64,000 nucleotides of DNA from Patescibacteria group bacterium (GCA_041649135.1 JBAZNQ010000001.1:163037-227036); one strand, 5' to 3'. Numbered from the stretch's first letter, positions 47,650 to 59,189 are shown. The notes: generated by a model not told the origin, from the letters alone. A program made the numbers and translations.

Positions 47650-50526
47650 TTATAACGGACTTTGATCACCCTTGGGCTGGTCTGGCCCCCGCTCATCAGT
47701 CCGATCATCGTCAATGGTCTTGATCGGCTTTGGTTGTTCCGTCGCCGGCAACTGTAACTCCTGTTCCCCACTCGCAACTCGCGACTCATCACCCGTTACT
47801 CTTTTCGCCCTCTCAAGCGCCTCTTTAAATGAGCTAGCCTCACCCTTCAGATCTTCCGTGATCGTTTTAGCGATTTCTTCCTTTTGTTCCGGATTAAGCT
47901 TTTCCTGTTTCTTTTTTTCGATATTAGAGATCAAGCTCTTCAAGCCAGTTAGATCCGGACCCATCTTTGGAACTCCGCTCACCCGTTGAACTGGTCTAGG
48001 CTCACCTGTTCCCACTCCTGACCGAAATGGTTGTCCCGACGGTCGAGATTTTGGCGCCGGCTGAACCATTGCACCAGTCTGTGATGTTCGAATGTTTTCT
48101 TCCACCTGTTCTGACTTAGCTGAATATTGTTGACGTGACCATGCCAGCACCTTGGCTTTGTTGTTATTTTTATCCGCACTCGGTGGTAATGTTACCGCTG
48201 AAAACGCCCCTGCCGTCAACCCATCAATCGATAACTTCACGTAAATATTATAGATATCCAAATTCACCAAATCCTGTTCGGTAAAAACTGGTGCAAATTC
48301 TTTGGTCAAAAACGCCGCATCATCACTCCCAACTCGAAACGCGATCAACGTTCCCACGTTGCCAAATACCGCCTTGCTCACCACTTCCGACAATTGAGCA
48401 ATGTACTGGTGCGCCATGGTTAAACTTAAACCGTATTTTCTGGCTTCCGACAAGATCGTCGCAAAAGAATCAGTCGCAAAGTTTTGAAACTCATCTACAT
48501 ACAGGAAGAAATCTTTTCTCGTGGCGACTGCCGCATCTGCCCGACTCATCGCCGCCAACTGCATCTTAGTAATAATTAACGCCCCTAATAGCGCGGCATT
48601 GTCTTCTCCGATCAAACCCTTCGACAACTTCACCATCACAATTTTTTCTTCATCCATCAGCCGACGAATATTGATCGAGCTTTTGGTCTGACCAACAATA
48701 TTGCGAATAATTGACGAAGACAAAAACTGACCAACTTTATTTAAAATTGGTGAGATCGTTTCACTTCTCTGCCGCTGATCAAGTTTGTTGTACTCACCAA
48801 TCCACCGATTTTTAATAATCGGATCCTGCACTTTATCGATCACCTGTTCTCGAAATGCGTCATCCACAAATAATCTCGGCACCATGATCAAAGTCGCACC
48901 CGGATAATCAAGCAGTGCCAAAATCGCTGACGCCAACCAGTATTCCAACCGTGGCCCCCAAGATTCACCGAAGATCTTTTTAAATACCCCCACTACTCCG
49001 CTAGCTGTTACTAATTTATATTTTGGATCTTCAACTTCCAAAATGTTAAATCCGATCGGAAACTCCTTGTCGCTTGGATCGAACACCACCACATCTTCGA
49101 TCCGGTTATCCGGAATTCGATCCAATACATAATCCACGTATTCACCGTGCGGGTCTACCACCGCTACCCCTCGGTTTTCGACGATATCATCGATCGCCAT
49201 ATTCTGCAGGAGTGTTGATTTACCAGTACCGCTTTTCCCGATCACGTAGACGTGTCGTCTCCGATCAGCAATTTTGACACCAAATTTTTCCTGACTCCCG
49301 CGAAAATTGGTTACCCCCAGATTCGTCAGTAATTCCGCCGGAGTTTCATCTACTAACGGCAAATTCGCCGGTGGTTCACCTTTTTTCGCTCCCGCCCACA
49401 CCAAGTGCGGTGTGGTTACTGTTTTGTTTGGCAAATGGTAAATACTTGCCAGTTCGCTCACATTCAAAATAAATCCCGGTCGGACAAATAATCGATTAGC
49501 ATACTCTGTTAATATTTCCTGTCGCGATAAACTATCCGGCAGTGCTATAAACCCATTCAGATTAGTAGTGTTGTATTGTTTGTATGAGCCTACTACTAAA
49601 TCTAATTTCTGTTGCGCCGCAGCGACCGTATCGTCCACCGCGACAATTCTCACCATGGTCTGGAAACCTAGCTTGGTACTTTTCTCTTCGATCCGCTTGA
49701 GTGATTCTTCTACCCCTGGCGCTAATTCGATCTTTTTGTCCTTTTCCGGACTGCTCGTCGCCTCGGTGGCTCCGCCACTAATCGCTGTTCTCATGACATC
49801 CGAAGCCAAACCACTTAAACTTTTCATTAATGCCGCTCGAAAACTTTTTCGGCCAGCTTTCACATCCGCAATATATTTCACCGCTCGGTTCCGCCAACTA
49901 TCCCCTTCTGGCCGGATCAATATCTGTACCCAAATCTGCGAATCACCTTGCAATTTGCTCAAAGTCGCAGTAATTGCCGCCAATGGATCAACATCAAAAC
50001 TCTCAAAACTTTTAATTGGGAAAAGATCTTCTCGTACCAATTGCAAATTCGCCGATGCCACCGCTAAATTCTCTGGTATCTTAGTCGCATCAGCATAATC
50101 TTTAAATTCATGGATCGTCACCCCTGGGTACTGTGCGTAGATTTGTCCCTCAACATATCCTTGTAAATGTTTTGGTGCCCAAACAAAAAATCGGATCGAT
50201 TTCTCTTTGGCTTGCATCTCAAAACTGATATGCTCCTGCCCCGCCCGCAGTTTGTCACTATCTGGTCGATAAATTCCATGTAGGCTGGAGAACATCAATT
50301 CTGCCGCCAAAGCGGTAATTTCATTATCTTTCGGCACTTCGATCGCCAACAGCACTCCTTCCTGCGGCCCCATCACACTCCCGATCACCGGAACTGTGGT
50401 GAATTTTTGTTGCTCTACTTTGCCTATTCGACTCCTCTGCCAAAACCAAATCACTAGGCCAAAAAATATCAGCCACCCCACTGCCAGTAGACCCAGCGCT
50501 ATCAAGTTGGAAGAGTTCTCTAACAT
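47650..50526 (-). CDS. membrane-anchored VirB4/TraC/HerA-like (AAA_10) ATPase, long paralog with basic Pro-rich C-terminal tail
   Basis: N-terminal TM helix; Walker A IGKSGTGKST; Walker B LYVDEFQN; EARKYGLSLTMAHQ. Confidence 0.7.
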   Translation of the reverse strand: MLENSSNLIALGLLAVGWLIFFGLVIWFWQRSRIGKVEQQKFTTVPVIGSVMGPQEGVLLAIEVPKDNEITALAAELMFSSLHGIYRPDSDKLRAGQEHISFEMQAKEKSIRFFVWAPKHLQGYVEGQIYAQYPGVTIHEFKDYADATKIPENLAVASANLQLVREDLFPIKSFESFDVDPLAAITATLSKLQGDSQIWVQILIRPEGDSWRNRAVKYIADVKAGRKSFRAALMKSLSGLASDVMRTAISGGATEATSSPEKDKKIELAPGVEESLKRIEEKSTKLGFQTMVRIVAVDDTVAAAQQKLDLVVGSYKQYNTTNLNGFIALPDSLSRQEILTEYANRLFVRPGFILNVSELASIYHLPNKTVTTPHLVWAGAKKGEPPANLPLVDETPAELLTNLGVTNFRGSQEKFGVKIADRRRHVYVIGKSGTGKSTLLQNMAIDDIVENRGVAVVDPHGEYVDYVLDRIPDNRIEDVVVFDPSDKEFPIGFNILEVEDPKYKLVTASGVVGVFKKIFGESWGPRLEYWLASAILALLDYPGATLIMVPRLFVDDAFREQVIDKVQDPIIKNRWIGEYNKLDQRQRSETISPILNKVGQFLSSSIIRNIVGQTKSSINIRRLMDEEKIVMVKLSKGLIGEDNAALLGALIITKMQLAAMSRADAAVATRKDFFLYVDEFQNFATDSFATILSEARKYGLSLTMAHQYIAQLSEVVSKAVFGNVGTLIAFRVGSDDAAFLTKEFAPVFTEQDLVNLDIYNIYVKLSIDGLTAGAFSAVTLPPSADKNNNKAKVLAWSRQQYSAKSEQVEENIRTSQTGAMVQPAPKSRPSGQPFRSGVGTGEPRPVQRVSGVPKMGPDLTGLKSLISNIEKKKQEKLNPEQKEEIAKTITEDLKGEASSFKEALERAKRVTGDESRVASGEQELQLPATEQPKPIKTIDDDRTDERGPDQPKGDQSPL

Positions 50527-50545
50527 GAAAAACTATCAGCTAACT

Positions 50546-51673
50546 TTATTGTTGATCAGTCGTCGGTACATATGTTCCTTTGCCGACTTTCTGAAACAAC
50601 TTTTTATTCTGCAGATTCGCTACCACCGTATTGCGTTTCACTTGTCTGTCTTTCAAAACTGCCTCGGAAACTTCTTCTACGGTTAGCGGCCGACCGGCTT
50701 CTTTCATTATTTTCATTATGACATCAGCCACAACCCCCGGCTGATACCCCCACTCTTTCAGACCATAAATTCCTCGTCCCACCAACACAAACCTCGCATC
50801 GCCAATTAATTCATTATGCACTGTCCGGCTCAAAACTAGTTTATCAGGATATCGTTGATTAATCGCATCACTAATATCACGGAAATGCATTGGTTGATGA
50901 GTTTTTTGTAAAATTAAATAAATTTTATCTCTAATTCGTTTTGGCACTACTGTTGGCCAGATTGTCAGACCCCATTTCTCATCTGGTGTCTGGGCTAATT
51001 TTGCTCCCACTCGGAGTACTCCTGCCAACATACTCGGTGTTACCGGCTGTCCGATCGTTTCTGAAACACTGCTAAATTTTGTCCAGATTTCCTCTTCCGC
51101 AATTGGTTTGTTAACACTCGCCAGAATTTTTTCTACTTCAATTAAGATCTTTTCTACTAATTTATCAGACAAGTTTTTCTTTACCCAACCCATCTTCATC
51201 ACACCAATTTTGGGTAGACTGACTACATTTTTGTCCAACGCCATCGACAGTCTTAACGCATTCAACTCTGCTTCATATCGCTGATCTGGTGTCAATTTAA
51301 AATACCGCGCTAAACCATCCAACGATACGATCCCGCCAGTTTCGGTTATCACCCCAGCAATGATTTTTAACAACCTAGTCAGATCCTTACTTGGCTTCTC
51401 TGCTAATTTTATAATGGCTGATGTTTCAATCTGTCGCACTCGTTCACGAGTTACGTTAAATCTCTGACCCACTGCTTCTAGTGTCATTTTTTTACCATCA
51501 GATAAACCAAACCGCGCGACTAGCACTTCGCGCTCACGATCTTTTAGCGCATTAACTGCGCCGGAAACCACTACTAACGGATCCAACAACTCGCGGTTTT
51601 TTTCTTCCTGTTCAACCATAATTGATTTTATGACCGAACTGGCTTCCGACTGATTGTGTTCAAATTCCTCCAT
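50546..51673 (-). CDS. DNA-binding protein with sigma-70 region-4-like HTH and C-terminal HARE-HTH-like domain
   Basis: [15 protein letters not shown]...[19 protein letters not shown] (sigma r4-like); C-terminal HFRDISDAI...[16 protein letters not shown] resembles RNAP delta-subunit HARE-HTH; start chosen at M13 (AAAGGA RBS). Confidence 0.5.
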   Translation of the reverse strand: MEEFEHNQSEASSVIKSIMVEQEEKNRELLDPLVVVSGAVNALKDREREVLVARFGLSDGKKMTLEAVGQRFNVTRERVRQIETSAIIKLAEKPSKDLTRLLKIIAGVITETGGIVSLDGLARYFKLTPDQRYEAELNALRLSMALDKNVVSLPKIGVMKMGWVKKNLSDKLVEKILIEVEKILASVNKPIAEEEIWTKFSSVSETIGQPVTPSMLAGVLRVGAKLAQTPDEKWGLTIWPTVVPKRIRDKIYLILQKTHQPMHFRDISDAINQRYPDKLVLSRTVHNELIGDARFVLVGRGIYGLKEWGYQPGVVADVIMKIMKEAGRPLTVEEVSEAVLKDRQVKRNTVVANLQNKKLFQKVGKGTYVPTTDQQ

Positions 51674-52031
51674 GGGTTTTATCCTTTCCCTGCCCGTCCC
51701 CAGTAGCATCTACATCTCAAAGAGGTTAATGACCCATTTGCGACAAGATGAACCACAGGCAAGTCCCCACTCCCCAATTCCGCTCGATTATATCATACAT
51801 CACCTACTTTGTCAACCCAGCCGTCAAAATATTAAAGGAAAAAGCGGCAGTAGAAGCTACTGTCCCCTATTATTACACCCACTGGCCCTTCAACGAAGGG
51901 TCGTTCTGAAATGAGCAAAACTACCGCACGCGCGGACATGTTTGAGCCCTGCCGATACAAGAGGCAGGGTGAGTTCGTCCAAATATAAGTTCAGTAAGGT
52001 AGTTTTGCCATTGAATAGACCCGCAGTTGCG

Positions 52032-52070
52032 GGCCACGGCTTTGCCTACTTTCGCCAAGACGAAAGTAGG
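52032..52070. repeat. conserved hairpin element 'GGCCACGGCTTTG + stem-CCAAGA-stem', copy 1
   Basis: ggccacggctttg CCTACTTTCG ccaaga CGAAAGTAGG; partner at 59512-59551 shows compensatory stem changes. Confidence 0.7.
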
Positions 52071-52125
52071 GCTGGATCAAACGCCAGCTTGCGTTTGGTT
52101 CTAGTCGACTGCAAGTCGACACAAA

Positions 52126-52410
52126 TTACTGCCCTAGCTCACCAAAAATCGTCCGAATCTCTTTAACGATCTGATTTTTAGTCGCCAAATCTGTTACCAT
52201 CGTGTACCTATCCAACAGCGACTGAATGGTAATAAAATCTTCTTTTGACACATTAATCGTCGAAGGCAAATCTACAGTATTAATCACCTGCGCACTGGCT
52301 CCCCCGCTGATCTGTGGTAAATACTGCGCCCCAATTACCAAAACTCCCAGCACCACTACGATGCCGGCAATCACCCCCGCCGTCCTGGTCGCCTTGCTAT
52401 CCACAGACAC
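52126..52410 (-). CDS. small membrane protein
   Basis: 94-aa ORF with one TM helix. Confidence 0.3.
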   Translation of the reverse strand: MSVDSKATRTAGVIAGIVVVLGVLVIGAQYLPQISGGASAQVINTVDLPSTINVSKEDFITIQSLLDRYTMVTDLATKNQIVKEIRTIFGELGQ

Positions 52411-52633
52411 ATCCTATCACAAATAAAGAACTCCACTGCGTTTGCACCCACAATGGAGGTCCGAGTGAGGATTAAGGTTCATCTCTCCGGCGCTAAGTAG
52501 TCACGATGTGACAAATGCCGTACTTTCATGCTAACCAAAATCTACTCTCCCGGAAACAATCCCTCAATTCAGTCATAAAATCACACTTACTAAATAAGTG
52601 CACCTTGTCACAATATTTTTACTAAATACTTCT

Positions 52634-54640
52634 TTACAGTTCTTGATGAATTTTGGTTGCCAGTCGTTTCCCCACAATCTTTGCAATGTCATTCACGGTA
52701 GCGTTTTTTACACCAGACATGGAGCCAAACTCTTTCACTAATTTCCTGCGAGTCGTCGCTCCAATGCCGCCGATCTTTTCTAACCCAGATTGGGTTGTCC
52801 GCTTCTTACGCAAATGAGTATGATAAGCAATCGCAAACCGATGAGCTTCATCACGAATATTTTGTAATAAAATCTTAGTCGGCGAATTATTCGGTAGATC
52901 CCCCATAGCTTTAGCGGAGGGGGATGGTCTCCATAATATTAGTTCATCTCTCGCCTTCGTCCGACTATGACTGCCCTTGGCAATCCCGATCACTGCCACT
53001 TTAAATCCCTGTAATACTTTTGCGATCGTATTTACTTGGCCCCTGCCGCCATCGATCAAAACCACATCTGGCAAGCCGGCAAACGCAGTGTCGCCGAGCT
53101 TGCCACCCCGAGCTTGCCGAGGGGCTACCTGTTTTTCTGATGCTAGATACGCAAATCTCCGTTTCAATACTTCCGCCAGAGACGCAAAATCATTTGGCCC
53201 AGTTACAGTTTTTATTTTAAATCGGCGATACTGTTTTTTATCCATTTGTCCCTTTTCCCACACCACCATCGCCCCGACCGCGTCAGTCCCCTGCAAATTA
53301 GAAATGTCGTACGCTTCAATTCGCTCTAATTTTTTCAATTTCAAAATTTTCTTTAATCCATCCACTCCCTCGGTTGCGACTAATTTTTCCAATTGCCACC
53401 GACCAGATATCTGATTAAACTTCATTTCTGCGTTCGACTGTGCCAACCGCACGATTGCCCGCTGTCGACCTTTGGTTGGAACTATCAGTTTTATCTTTTT
53501 GCCAGTCACACCTTCCAGCCATTTCTCAAATCCCTTGCTCGCGTCAATCATTTCAGGCGACATAATTACCTTTGGCAAATCCGCCGCCTCACTATAATAA
53601 TCCCGTAAAAACCCTGCCAAAATCTCAGACAGTTCCGTTTCGTATTTCGAGTCAATCGCATACTGCTGATAATTTAACAATTTGCCGGAGCGGACTTGTA
53701 ATAACACCACCATCGTCTTGTTCAGTTCTCGCGCTACTCCAATCGCATCTTCACTAACCGACAAATTGGTCTTCACCACACTTTGCCGCTCGTTAATCGC
53801 TTCCATCGCTTTCAACCCGTCGCGAATCCGCGCTGCCCGCTCAAATTCTTTATTTGCCGACAATCTCTGCATCTCCGATTTTAATTGGTTGATAACTAAC
53901 TGATAATTACCATGCAAAAATCGCACCACTTGTTCTATTGTTTTGTGATACTCTTTACTTTCAACTTTGCCGATACACACCCCCGGACAAATTTTCAGAT
54001 GATAATTCAAACAGGCACGACCACGCCCGCTTTTCAGACTAGCCGTCGTGATTTGATTAGTGGCGCTACACAACGGAAATGTTCGCTTGATCAATTTCAG
54101 CACCTCGTAGACTGATCCGGAAGAAGCATACGGCCCAAAATATTTTGCTCCATCTCTCACCACCTTCCTCGCCAACAAAATCCGCGGAAATTCTTCATTA
54201 ACCGTAATTCGAATATATAAATAGTTCTTATCGTCCCGCATCATCACATTAAATTGCGGTCGATATTTCTTGATCAGCTCGTTCTCTAAAATAAATGCTT
54301 CGACTTCGTTGCTAACTGTAATCGTGTCAATCTTGCTAATTCGCTCCACAAGTGCTCGCGTTTTTTGGTCAACACCATTGGTTAGTGGCTTATGGCTAGT
54401 GGCTCCCTTAAAGTAGCTCGCTATCCGTTTCCTCAAATCCTTCGCCTTCCCAACATAAATCACCTTCTCCTCCCGATCTCCCCGAACCAACTTGCTGTCA
54501 TCCTGAACTCGTTTCAGGATCTTAGATGCTGAAATAAATTCAGCATGACGCGGAGTGGAACATCCATACATCAAATACACTCCCGGCCCACTCGGGATTT
54601 TCTTCAAATCAGGTTTAAACATTTTTGCCATCTTCTTCAT
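52634..54640 (-). CDS. uvrC: excinuclease ABC subunit C
   Basis: GIY-YIG (PGVYLMY...IYVGKAKDLRKRIASYF), UvrBC motif, endonuclease V-like domain, C-terminal HhH; start ambiguous between 54622 and 54682; two GTCAT palindromes inserted in frame in the GIY-YIG domain. Confidence 0.85.
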   Translation of the reverse strand: MKKMAKMFKPDLKKIPSGPGVYLMYGCSTPRHAEFISASKILKRVQDDSKLVRGDREEKVIYVGKAKDLRKRIASYFKGATSHKPLTNGVDQKTRALVERISKIDTITVSNEVEAFILENELIKKYRPQFNVMMRDDKNYLYIRITVNEEFPRILLARKVVRDGAKYFGPYASSGSVYEVLKLIKRTFPLCSATNQITTASLKSGRGRACLNYHLKICPGVCIGKVESKEYHKTIEQVVRFLHGNYQLVINQLKSEMQRLSANKEFERAARIRDGLKAMEAINERQSVVKTNLSVSEDAIGVARELNKTMVVLLQVRSGKLLNYQQYAIDSKYETELSEILAGFLRDYYSEAADLPKVIMSPEMIDASKGFEKWLEGVTGKKIKLIVPTKGRQRAIVRLAQSNAEMKFNQISGRWQLEKLVATEGVDGLKKILKLKKLERIEAYDISNLQGTDAVGAMVVWEKGQMDKKQYRRFKIKTVTGPNDFASLAEVLKRRFAYLASEKQVAPRQARGGKLGDTAFAGLPDVVLIDGGRGQVNTIAKVLQGFKVAVIGIAKGSHSRTKARDELILWRPSPSAKAMGDLPNNSPTKILLQNIRDEAHRFAIAYHTHLRKKRTTQSGLEKIGGIGATTRRKLVKEFGSMSGVKNATVNDIAKIVGKRLATKIHQEL
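54498..54549. repeat. two abutting, oppositely oriented GTCAT palindromic mini-elements inside uvrC
   Basis: 54498-54522 GTCATCCTGAACTCGTTTCAGGATC (plus strand) and 54525-54549 reverse complement GTCATGCTGAATTTATTTCAGCATC; together encode the extra GCSTPRHAEFISASKILKRVQDDSKLVRGD. Confidence 0.75.
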
Positions 54641-54666
54641 TATAGAAGCCAAGCTACAATCCGATA

Positions 54667-54695
54667 TAAAAAAGCCCCCCATCGGAAGGGGGGCT
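54667..54695 (-). terminator. rho-independent terminator on the minus strand just upstream of uvrC
   Basis: reverse complement AGCCCCCC-ttccgat-GGGGGGCT followed by TTTTTTAT. Confidence 0.55.
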
Positions 54696-55793
54696 CGACG
54701 ACCGTAGTCGCCTCATCCACTTTTCCCATACCGGCACGCGGTTGCTCTCTATTGCAGTAAAGAGCTGTCGCCATGAGTAAGCGCTTGAGACCGAACTCGA
54801 AAGTCCGATCACTCACAGCCAAGCCGAGAACGAAAAGTGGAAGGTACGTGCCGAAGGCCGACATATCAGCCCCCAAAGGAGCTACGCCGACCTTTACAGG
54901 CAACGCCACCGTTGTCGCCACAGCCAATGCTGTAGTCACCAACCGCACCGCCAAACTACCATAGCTAATATCGCTCGTCAATCCATTCAGAGACCTATCG
55001 CTATTTCAACAAAAAGCCCCTTCCGGATGTCTCCCCCACAAAAGTAGGAGCTAGCTTCCGAAAGGGGCGGGGTTCTGTTGGGTTTCAACTACCTTATGCC
55101 CCGTCTCGCGGTATATCTCCAAGAACCCCAAGCGCAACTCAATTGCCCCGATGACCAGCAGAACCCCTACAAGGAGCAATCCGCATTCTCATTTTAGCAT
55201 TTTTGCAACTGTATACATAAGAAAAACCCCGCCCGAATCAATCGGGCGGGGACAAGGGTTGTATCGGCCCTCCGGTCAAACATGGGTTAGGGACGTCAAC
55301 TAACCACAGTGATCCGGCGCTTAAGCAGCCCCAGAAAAAACATCACGAGACTCACTGGGGGAAGATTGATTATGGTTATCTGCTGATGCGGGACAGTTGG
55401 TGCTGGTGCACGCTCAAACCAACCAGTCTGTCATCAACAACGTTTCCATAATTACGGAGGGACCACTTAATTAGTATCTCTCCGCATCTCCACTTAACCC
55501 ACGTCTCGTCCTCCGTGGAAGGCCTCCACGACACACGCGCAACGCTGATTACCCAACACCACACGTTGCGGGCAAATTTAAGGAGCAGAGAGGAGAAGCA
55601 GTTTGCTTACCGTATTCTGGTAGATCTCGGCTGACGCAAGTGCTAATGGACCCATCGTGAATCCCAACTTGGCATCAGTTGCCAACTGCTTCTCCTAACG
55701 GCTTCAGCGATCACGCTAACCATCCCCCGCGGAGCTTTGTCTTATTCAGAGTCTACTCCAGATGATCAGCATCTCGCTCAAGCCGTACAGCCC
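54696..55793 (-). ncRNA. candidate non-coding transcript(s): GC-rich, ORF-poor, hairpin-rich 1.1-kb region between uvrA and uvrC
   Basis: no ORF longer than about 110 aa in any frame; only Ala/Val-rich low-complexity ORFs; minus-strand promoter at 55794-55822 and minus-strand terminators at 55222-55251 and 54667-54695 imply two transcripts of about 550 nt; identity unknown. Confidence 0.3.
55222..55251 (-). terminator. rho-independent terminator on the minus strand
   Basis: reverse complement CCCCGCCCGA-ttgatt-CGGGCGGGG followed by TTTTTC. Confidence 0.6.
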
Positions 55794-55822
55794 AATCTAG
55801 CAATCCATCCGATCAGCGTCAA
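55794..55822 (-). promoter_or_regulatory. sigma70-like promoter on the minus strand
   Basis: reverse complement TTGACG (55817-55822), 17-nt spacer, TAGATT (55794-55799), directly downstream of the uvrA stop. Confidence 0.4.
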
Positions 55823-55825
55823 GCC

Positions 55826-58687
55826 CTATTTAAACAACTTCGACAAGTACTGTCCGGTATAACTTCGCTTAATTTTTGCCACTTGTTCCGGTGTCCCTTC
55901 AGCGATAATTTCACCGCCCATATCCCCGCCCTCTGGGCCCATATCGATAATCCAGTCCGCCGTTTTAATGACATCTAGATTATGTTCAATGACGATTACT
56001 GAATTATTCTTTTCCACTAGCCGATGCAACACATTTAATAAATTCTTCACATCTTCAAAGTGCAAACCGGTCGTTGGCTCATCCAGAATATACAAAGTTT
56101 TTCCAGTTGCCCGTCGTGATAATTCAGTCGCCAATTTTATTCGTTGCGCTTCACCTCCGGATAATTGTGTTGCCGGTTGACCAAGTTTAATGTAGCCCAG
56201 ACCGACTTCCTGCAAAGTATCCAATTTATTTTTGATCGGCGGGATATTGGCAAAGAATTCCGATGCATCATCAACTGTCAGGTCTAGGACATCGGCAATA
56301 TTTTTGCCCTTGTAATGGATCGATAAAGTTTCCTGATTATACCTTCTGCCCTGGCACACATCACACGGCACATACACATCCGGTAAAAAATGCATCTCGA
56401 TTTTTATAACTCCATCTCCGCGACAATTTTCGCACCGACCGCCTCTCACGTTAAATGAAAATCTTCCTTGTTTAAAACCCCGCATCTTAGCTTCCGGCAA
56501 TTGCGTAAATAGATCCCGAATATACGTGAATAAGCCTGTATAAGTCGCCGGATTACTTCTGGGACTCCGACCGATCGGCGACTGGTCAATATTAATTACC
56601 TTATCCAAATAATTGATACCATTAATCGCCTGATGTTGCCCCGGCTGTTCATGCGCCCCGTAAAAATCACGCGATAACCGCTTCGCCAAAATTTCATTGA
56701 TCAGTGTTGATTTACCCGAACCCGACAATCCTGTTACACACACAAAAGTCTGCAATGGTAGCCGCACATCCAGATTTTTTAAATTGAACTCGCTCGCTCC
56801 CAAGATCTCCAGCCATTTCCCATTTGGCGTCCGACGCTTTTTCGGCACTTCAATTTTTTTTGTCCCAGCCAAATACTGACCCGTTAATGACTTTTTATTC
56901 TTTTCAATCTCATTAGGCGTACCCTCCGCCACGATCTCTCCGCCATACTTACCAGCCAGCGGTCCCACATCAATTACCCAATCCGCGGTTCTGATAGTTT
57001 CTTCGTCGTGTTCTACTACCAGCACTGTATTTCCCAAATCCCTTAATCCCATCAGAGTTTTGATCAACCGGCGATTATCGTATTGATGTAAACCGATAGA
57101 CGGTTCATCCAAAATATAAATTACACCAGACAGACCCGAGCCAATTTGAGTTGCCAACCGAATTCGTTGGGCTTCCCCACCCGATAATGTATTAGCCGAC
57201 CGGTCTAAGGTCAAATACTGCAGCCCTACATTTTGCAAAAAGCCCAACCGTTCTGACACTTCCTTCAAAACCTGTTTCACGATCATCTGGTCTTGTGCGC
57301 TAAGTTTTAATTCGGCAAAAAAATCCACCGCATTTCTCACTGGCAATTTTGATACTTCCACAATTGATTTTTCTCCTACCGTTACCGCCATTACCTCCGG
57401 CTTCAATCGGCTACCATTACACTCCGGACACATCTTGCTAGTCATATACTGTTCAATTTCCGCTCGAATAAAATCGGAATCAGTCTCTTTGTACCGCCGC
57501 ATCAAATTTGGTACGACTCCCTCGTACTTCACAACATATTCATTAGTTTTGCCATGCGGGGTTTGATATTTGACTGTTATTTCTTCCGTACCCGCTCCGT
57601 ACATCACGATCTCGATCGCCTTCTCTGATAATGTGTCCACTGGCGCATTAATATCAAATTTAAATTTCTTCGCTACCGCTTCCAAAATTCGGTTATTCCA
57701 TCCTCCACCGCTGACCATGTGCGCCCCCCACGGTCGAATTGCCCCCTCTGTAATGCTCAATTTTTTATTTGGCATCAATAAATCAGGATTCAACTCCAGC
57801 GTTACTCCCAGCCCCGTACATTTTGGACATGCGCCATGTGGACTATTAAATGAAAAATGTCGTGGCTCAAATTCCGGAATACTAATATCACACTTTGGGC
57901 ATGCCAGACTCTCCGAGAAAAACCAATCTTGTTCCCCATCCGACACTTTTAATTTCCCCTGTCCCAATTTCAAGGCCGTCTCCAACGAATCGGCCAATCG
58001 CGTCCGAGTATCCTGACTAGCATCTGCTAAGTCCAATCTGTCCACCACTACTTCAATGGTGTGCTTTTTGTTTTTGTCCAATTCAATTTTTTCTTCTAGT
58101 TCATAAACACTCCCATCCACCCGAGCTCGGACATAACCACCTTTCCTCAAATCCGCCAACTCCTGCTTGTACTCCCCTTTTCTGTCTGACACCACCGGCG
58201 CCAAAATCATGGCCGACTTTAATTTTAATCCCAGTACATGTGCCAAAATTTGATCAATGCTCTGCCGTACCACTATTTGTCCGCACTTGGGACAATGCGG
58301 CACACCGACACGGGCATACAACAACCGCAAATAATCATAAATCTCGGTAATTGTTCCAACCGTTGATCGGGGGTTAGACGATGACGACTTTTGATCAATT
58401 GAAATCGCCGGAGATAGCCCTTCGATACTATCCACATCCGGTTTATTACTGGCACCTAAAAATTGTCTAGCATATGCCGACAATGATTCAACATATCGGC
58501 GGTGTCCTTCAGCATAAATCGTATCAAACGCCAACGAGCTCTTCCCCGAACCAGACATTCCAGTAATCACCACCATTTGGTTCTTGGGGATTTTTACATT
58601 AACATTTTTAAGATTGTGCTCACGCGCCCCGCGAACCTCAATATAGTTTTTCATTTGTTCCGCTAATGAAAAAATTTTATTACTCAC
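55826..58687 (-). CDS. uvrA: excinuclease ABC subunit A
   Basis: two ABC ATPase modules ([36 protein letters not shown] twice) and Zn-finger Cys clusters; 953 aa. Confidence 0.9.
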   Translation of the reverse strand: MSNKIFSLAEQMKNYIEVRGAREHNLKNVNVKIPKNQMVVITGMSGSGKSSLAFDTIYAEGHRRYVESLSAYARQFLGASNKPDVDSIEGLSPAISIDQKSSSSNPRSTVGTITEIYDYLRLLYARVGVPHCPKCGQIVVRQSIDQILAHVLGLKLKSAMILAPVVSDRKGEYKQELADLRKGGYVRARVDGSVYELEEKIELDKNKKHTIEVVVDRLDLADASQDTRTRLADSLETALKLGQGKLKVSDGEQDWFFSESLACPKCDISIPEFEPRHFSFNSPHGACPKCTGLGVTLELNPDLLMPNKKLSITEGAIRPWGAHMVSGGGWNNRILEAVAKKFKFDINAPVDTLSEKAIEIVMYGAGTEEITVKYQTPHGKTNEYVVKYEGVVPNLMRRYKETDSDFIRAEIEQYMTSKMCPECNGSRLKPEVMAVTVGEKSIVEVSKLPVRNAVDFFAELKLSAQDQMIVKQVLKEVSERLGFLQNVGLQYLTLDRSANTLSGGEAQRIRLATQIGSGLSGVIYILDEPSIGLHQYDNRRLIKTLMGLRDLGNTVLVVEHDEETIRTADWVIDVGPLAGKYGGEIVAEGTPNEIEKNKKSLTGQYLAGTKKIEVPKKRRTPNGKWLEILGASEFNLKNLDVRLPLQTFVCVTGLSGSGKSTLINEILAKRLSRDFYGAHEQPGQHQAINGINYLDKVINIDQSPIGRSPRSNPATYTGLFTYIRDLFTQLPEAKMRGFKQGRFSFNVRGGRCENCRGDGVIKIEMHFLPDVYVPCDVCQGRRYNQETLSIHYKGKNIADVLDLTVDDASEFFANIPPIKNKLDTLQEVGLGYIKLGQPATQLSGGEAQRIKLATELSRRATGKTLYILDEPTTGLHFEDVKNLLNVLHRLVEKNNSVIVIEHNLDVIKTADWIIDMGPEGGDMGGEIIAEGTPEQVAKIKRSYTGQYLSKLFK

Positions 58688-58730
58688 CAGCCCCAGTTAA
58701 TCCAAAGTGTTAGTCGTATCCGTACTCGTA

Positions 58731-59189
58731 TCAATTTCCACCGGGCAAATCTAGCTGATTAGTTAAAAATCCATTGCCATATTCCATATCGCCACCCTTG
58801 CATTGCACCCCGATCAACCAGCCACCGATCATATATAGCAACAATCCGGTTAGCGCCGCGACGATCATCTGTTTCGATAATCCAACACTTAATTCTCCCC
58901 CCGATGCTCCCATTGAAGTGGCATAAATAATTCCTGCGGCAATTACCATCAACACTGCTAGTGTTACCAATACCGTCGAACCAAGATCAATTGCCGTACA
59001 CACATATTGACCAAAAGTCAGACTGGTAGTGGTACTACTTGCGTTATCTCCAGTCGCCGCCAACACTGCTGCCAGCAATCCGCTAGCTTGCGATACATAT
59101 ACCAATCCCACCAGCCCCACGGCGCCCCAGTAGATCTTGATCAACCACTTCGCCCAGCCCAGTTTGTGATTATTCTTCTTATTCATCAT
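58731..59189 (-). CDS. hypothetical membrane protein (four TM helices)
   Basis: start taken at MMNKKNN (59189); the longer N-terminal extension lies in the repeat region. Confidence 0.35.
   Translation of the reverse strand: MMNKKNNHKLGWAKWLIKIYWGAVGLVGLVYVSQASGLLAAVLAATGDNASSTTTSLTFGQYVCTAIDLGSTVLVTLAVLMVIAAGIIYATSMGASGGELSVGLSKQMIVAALTGLLLYMIGGWLIGVQCKGGDMEYGNGFLTNQLDLPGGN

Noticed and set aside
47643-47792. N-terminal 50-residue extension of the tdk ORF
   Set aside because: Would overlap the upstream ATPase gene by about 140 nt and is Arg/Ser-rich. A start at GTG 47642 gives a canonical roughly 193-aa thymidine kinase.
54640-54981. 113-aa Ala/Val-rich ORF in the uvrA-uvrC gap
   Set aside because: Low-complexity translation typical of GC-rich non-coding DNA. 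It overlaps terminator hairpins.
54696-55793. RNase P RNA, tmRNA or SRP RNA in the uvrA-uvrC gap
   Set aside because: Could not find P4 signatures (GGAAAGUCCGGGCUCC / ACAGAACCCGGCUUA), the tmRNA tRNA-like ends or tag reading frame, or the SRP domain IV motif on either strand. Kept only as an unclassified ncRNA candidate.
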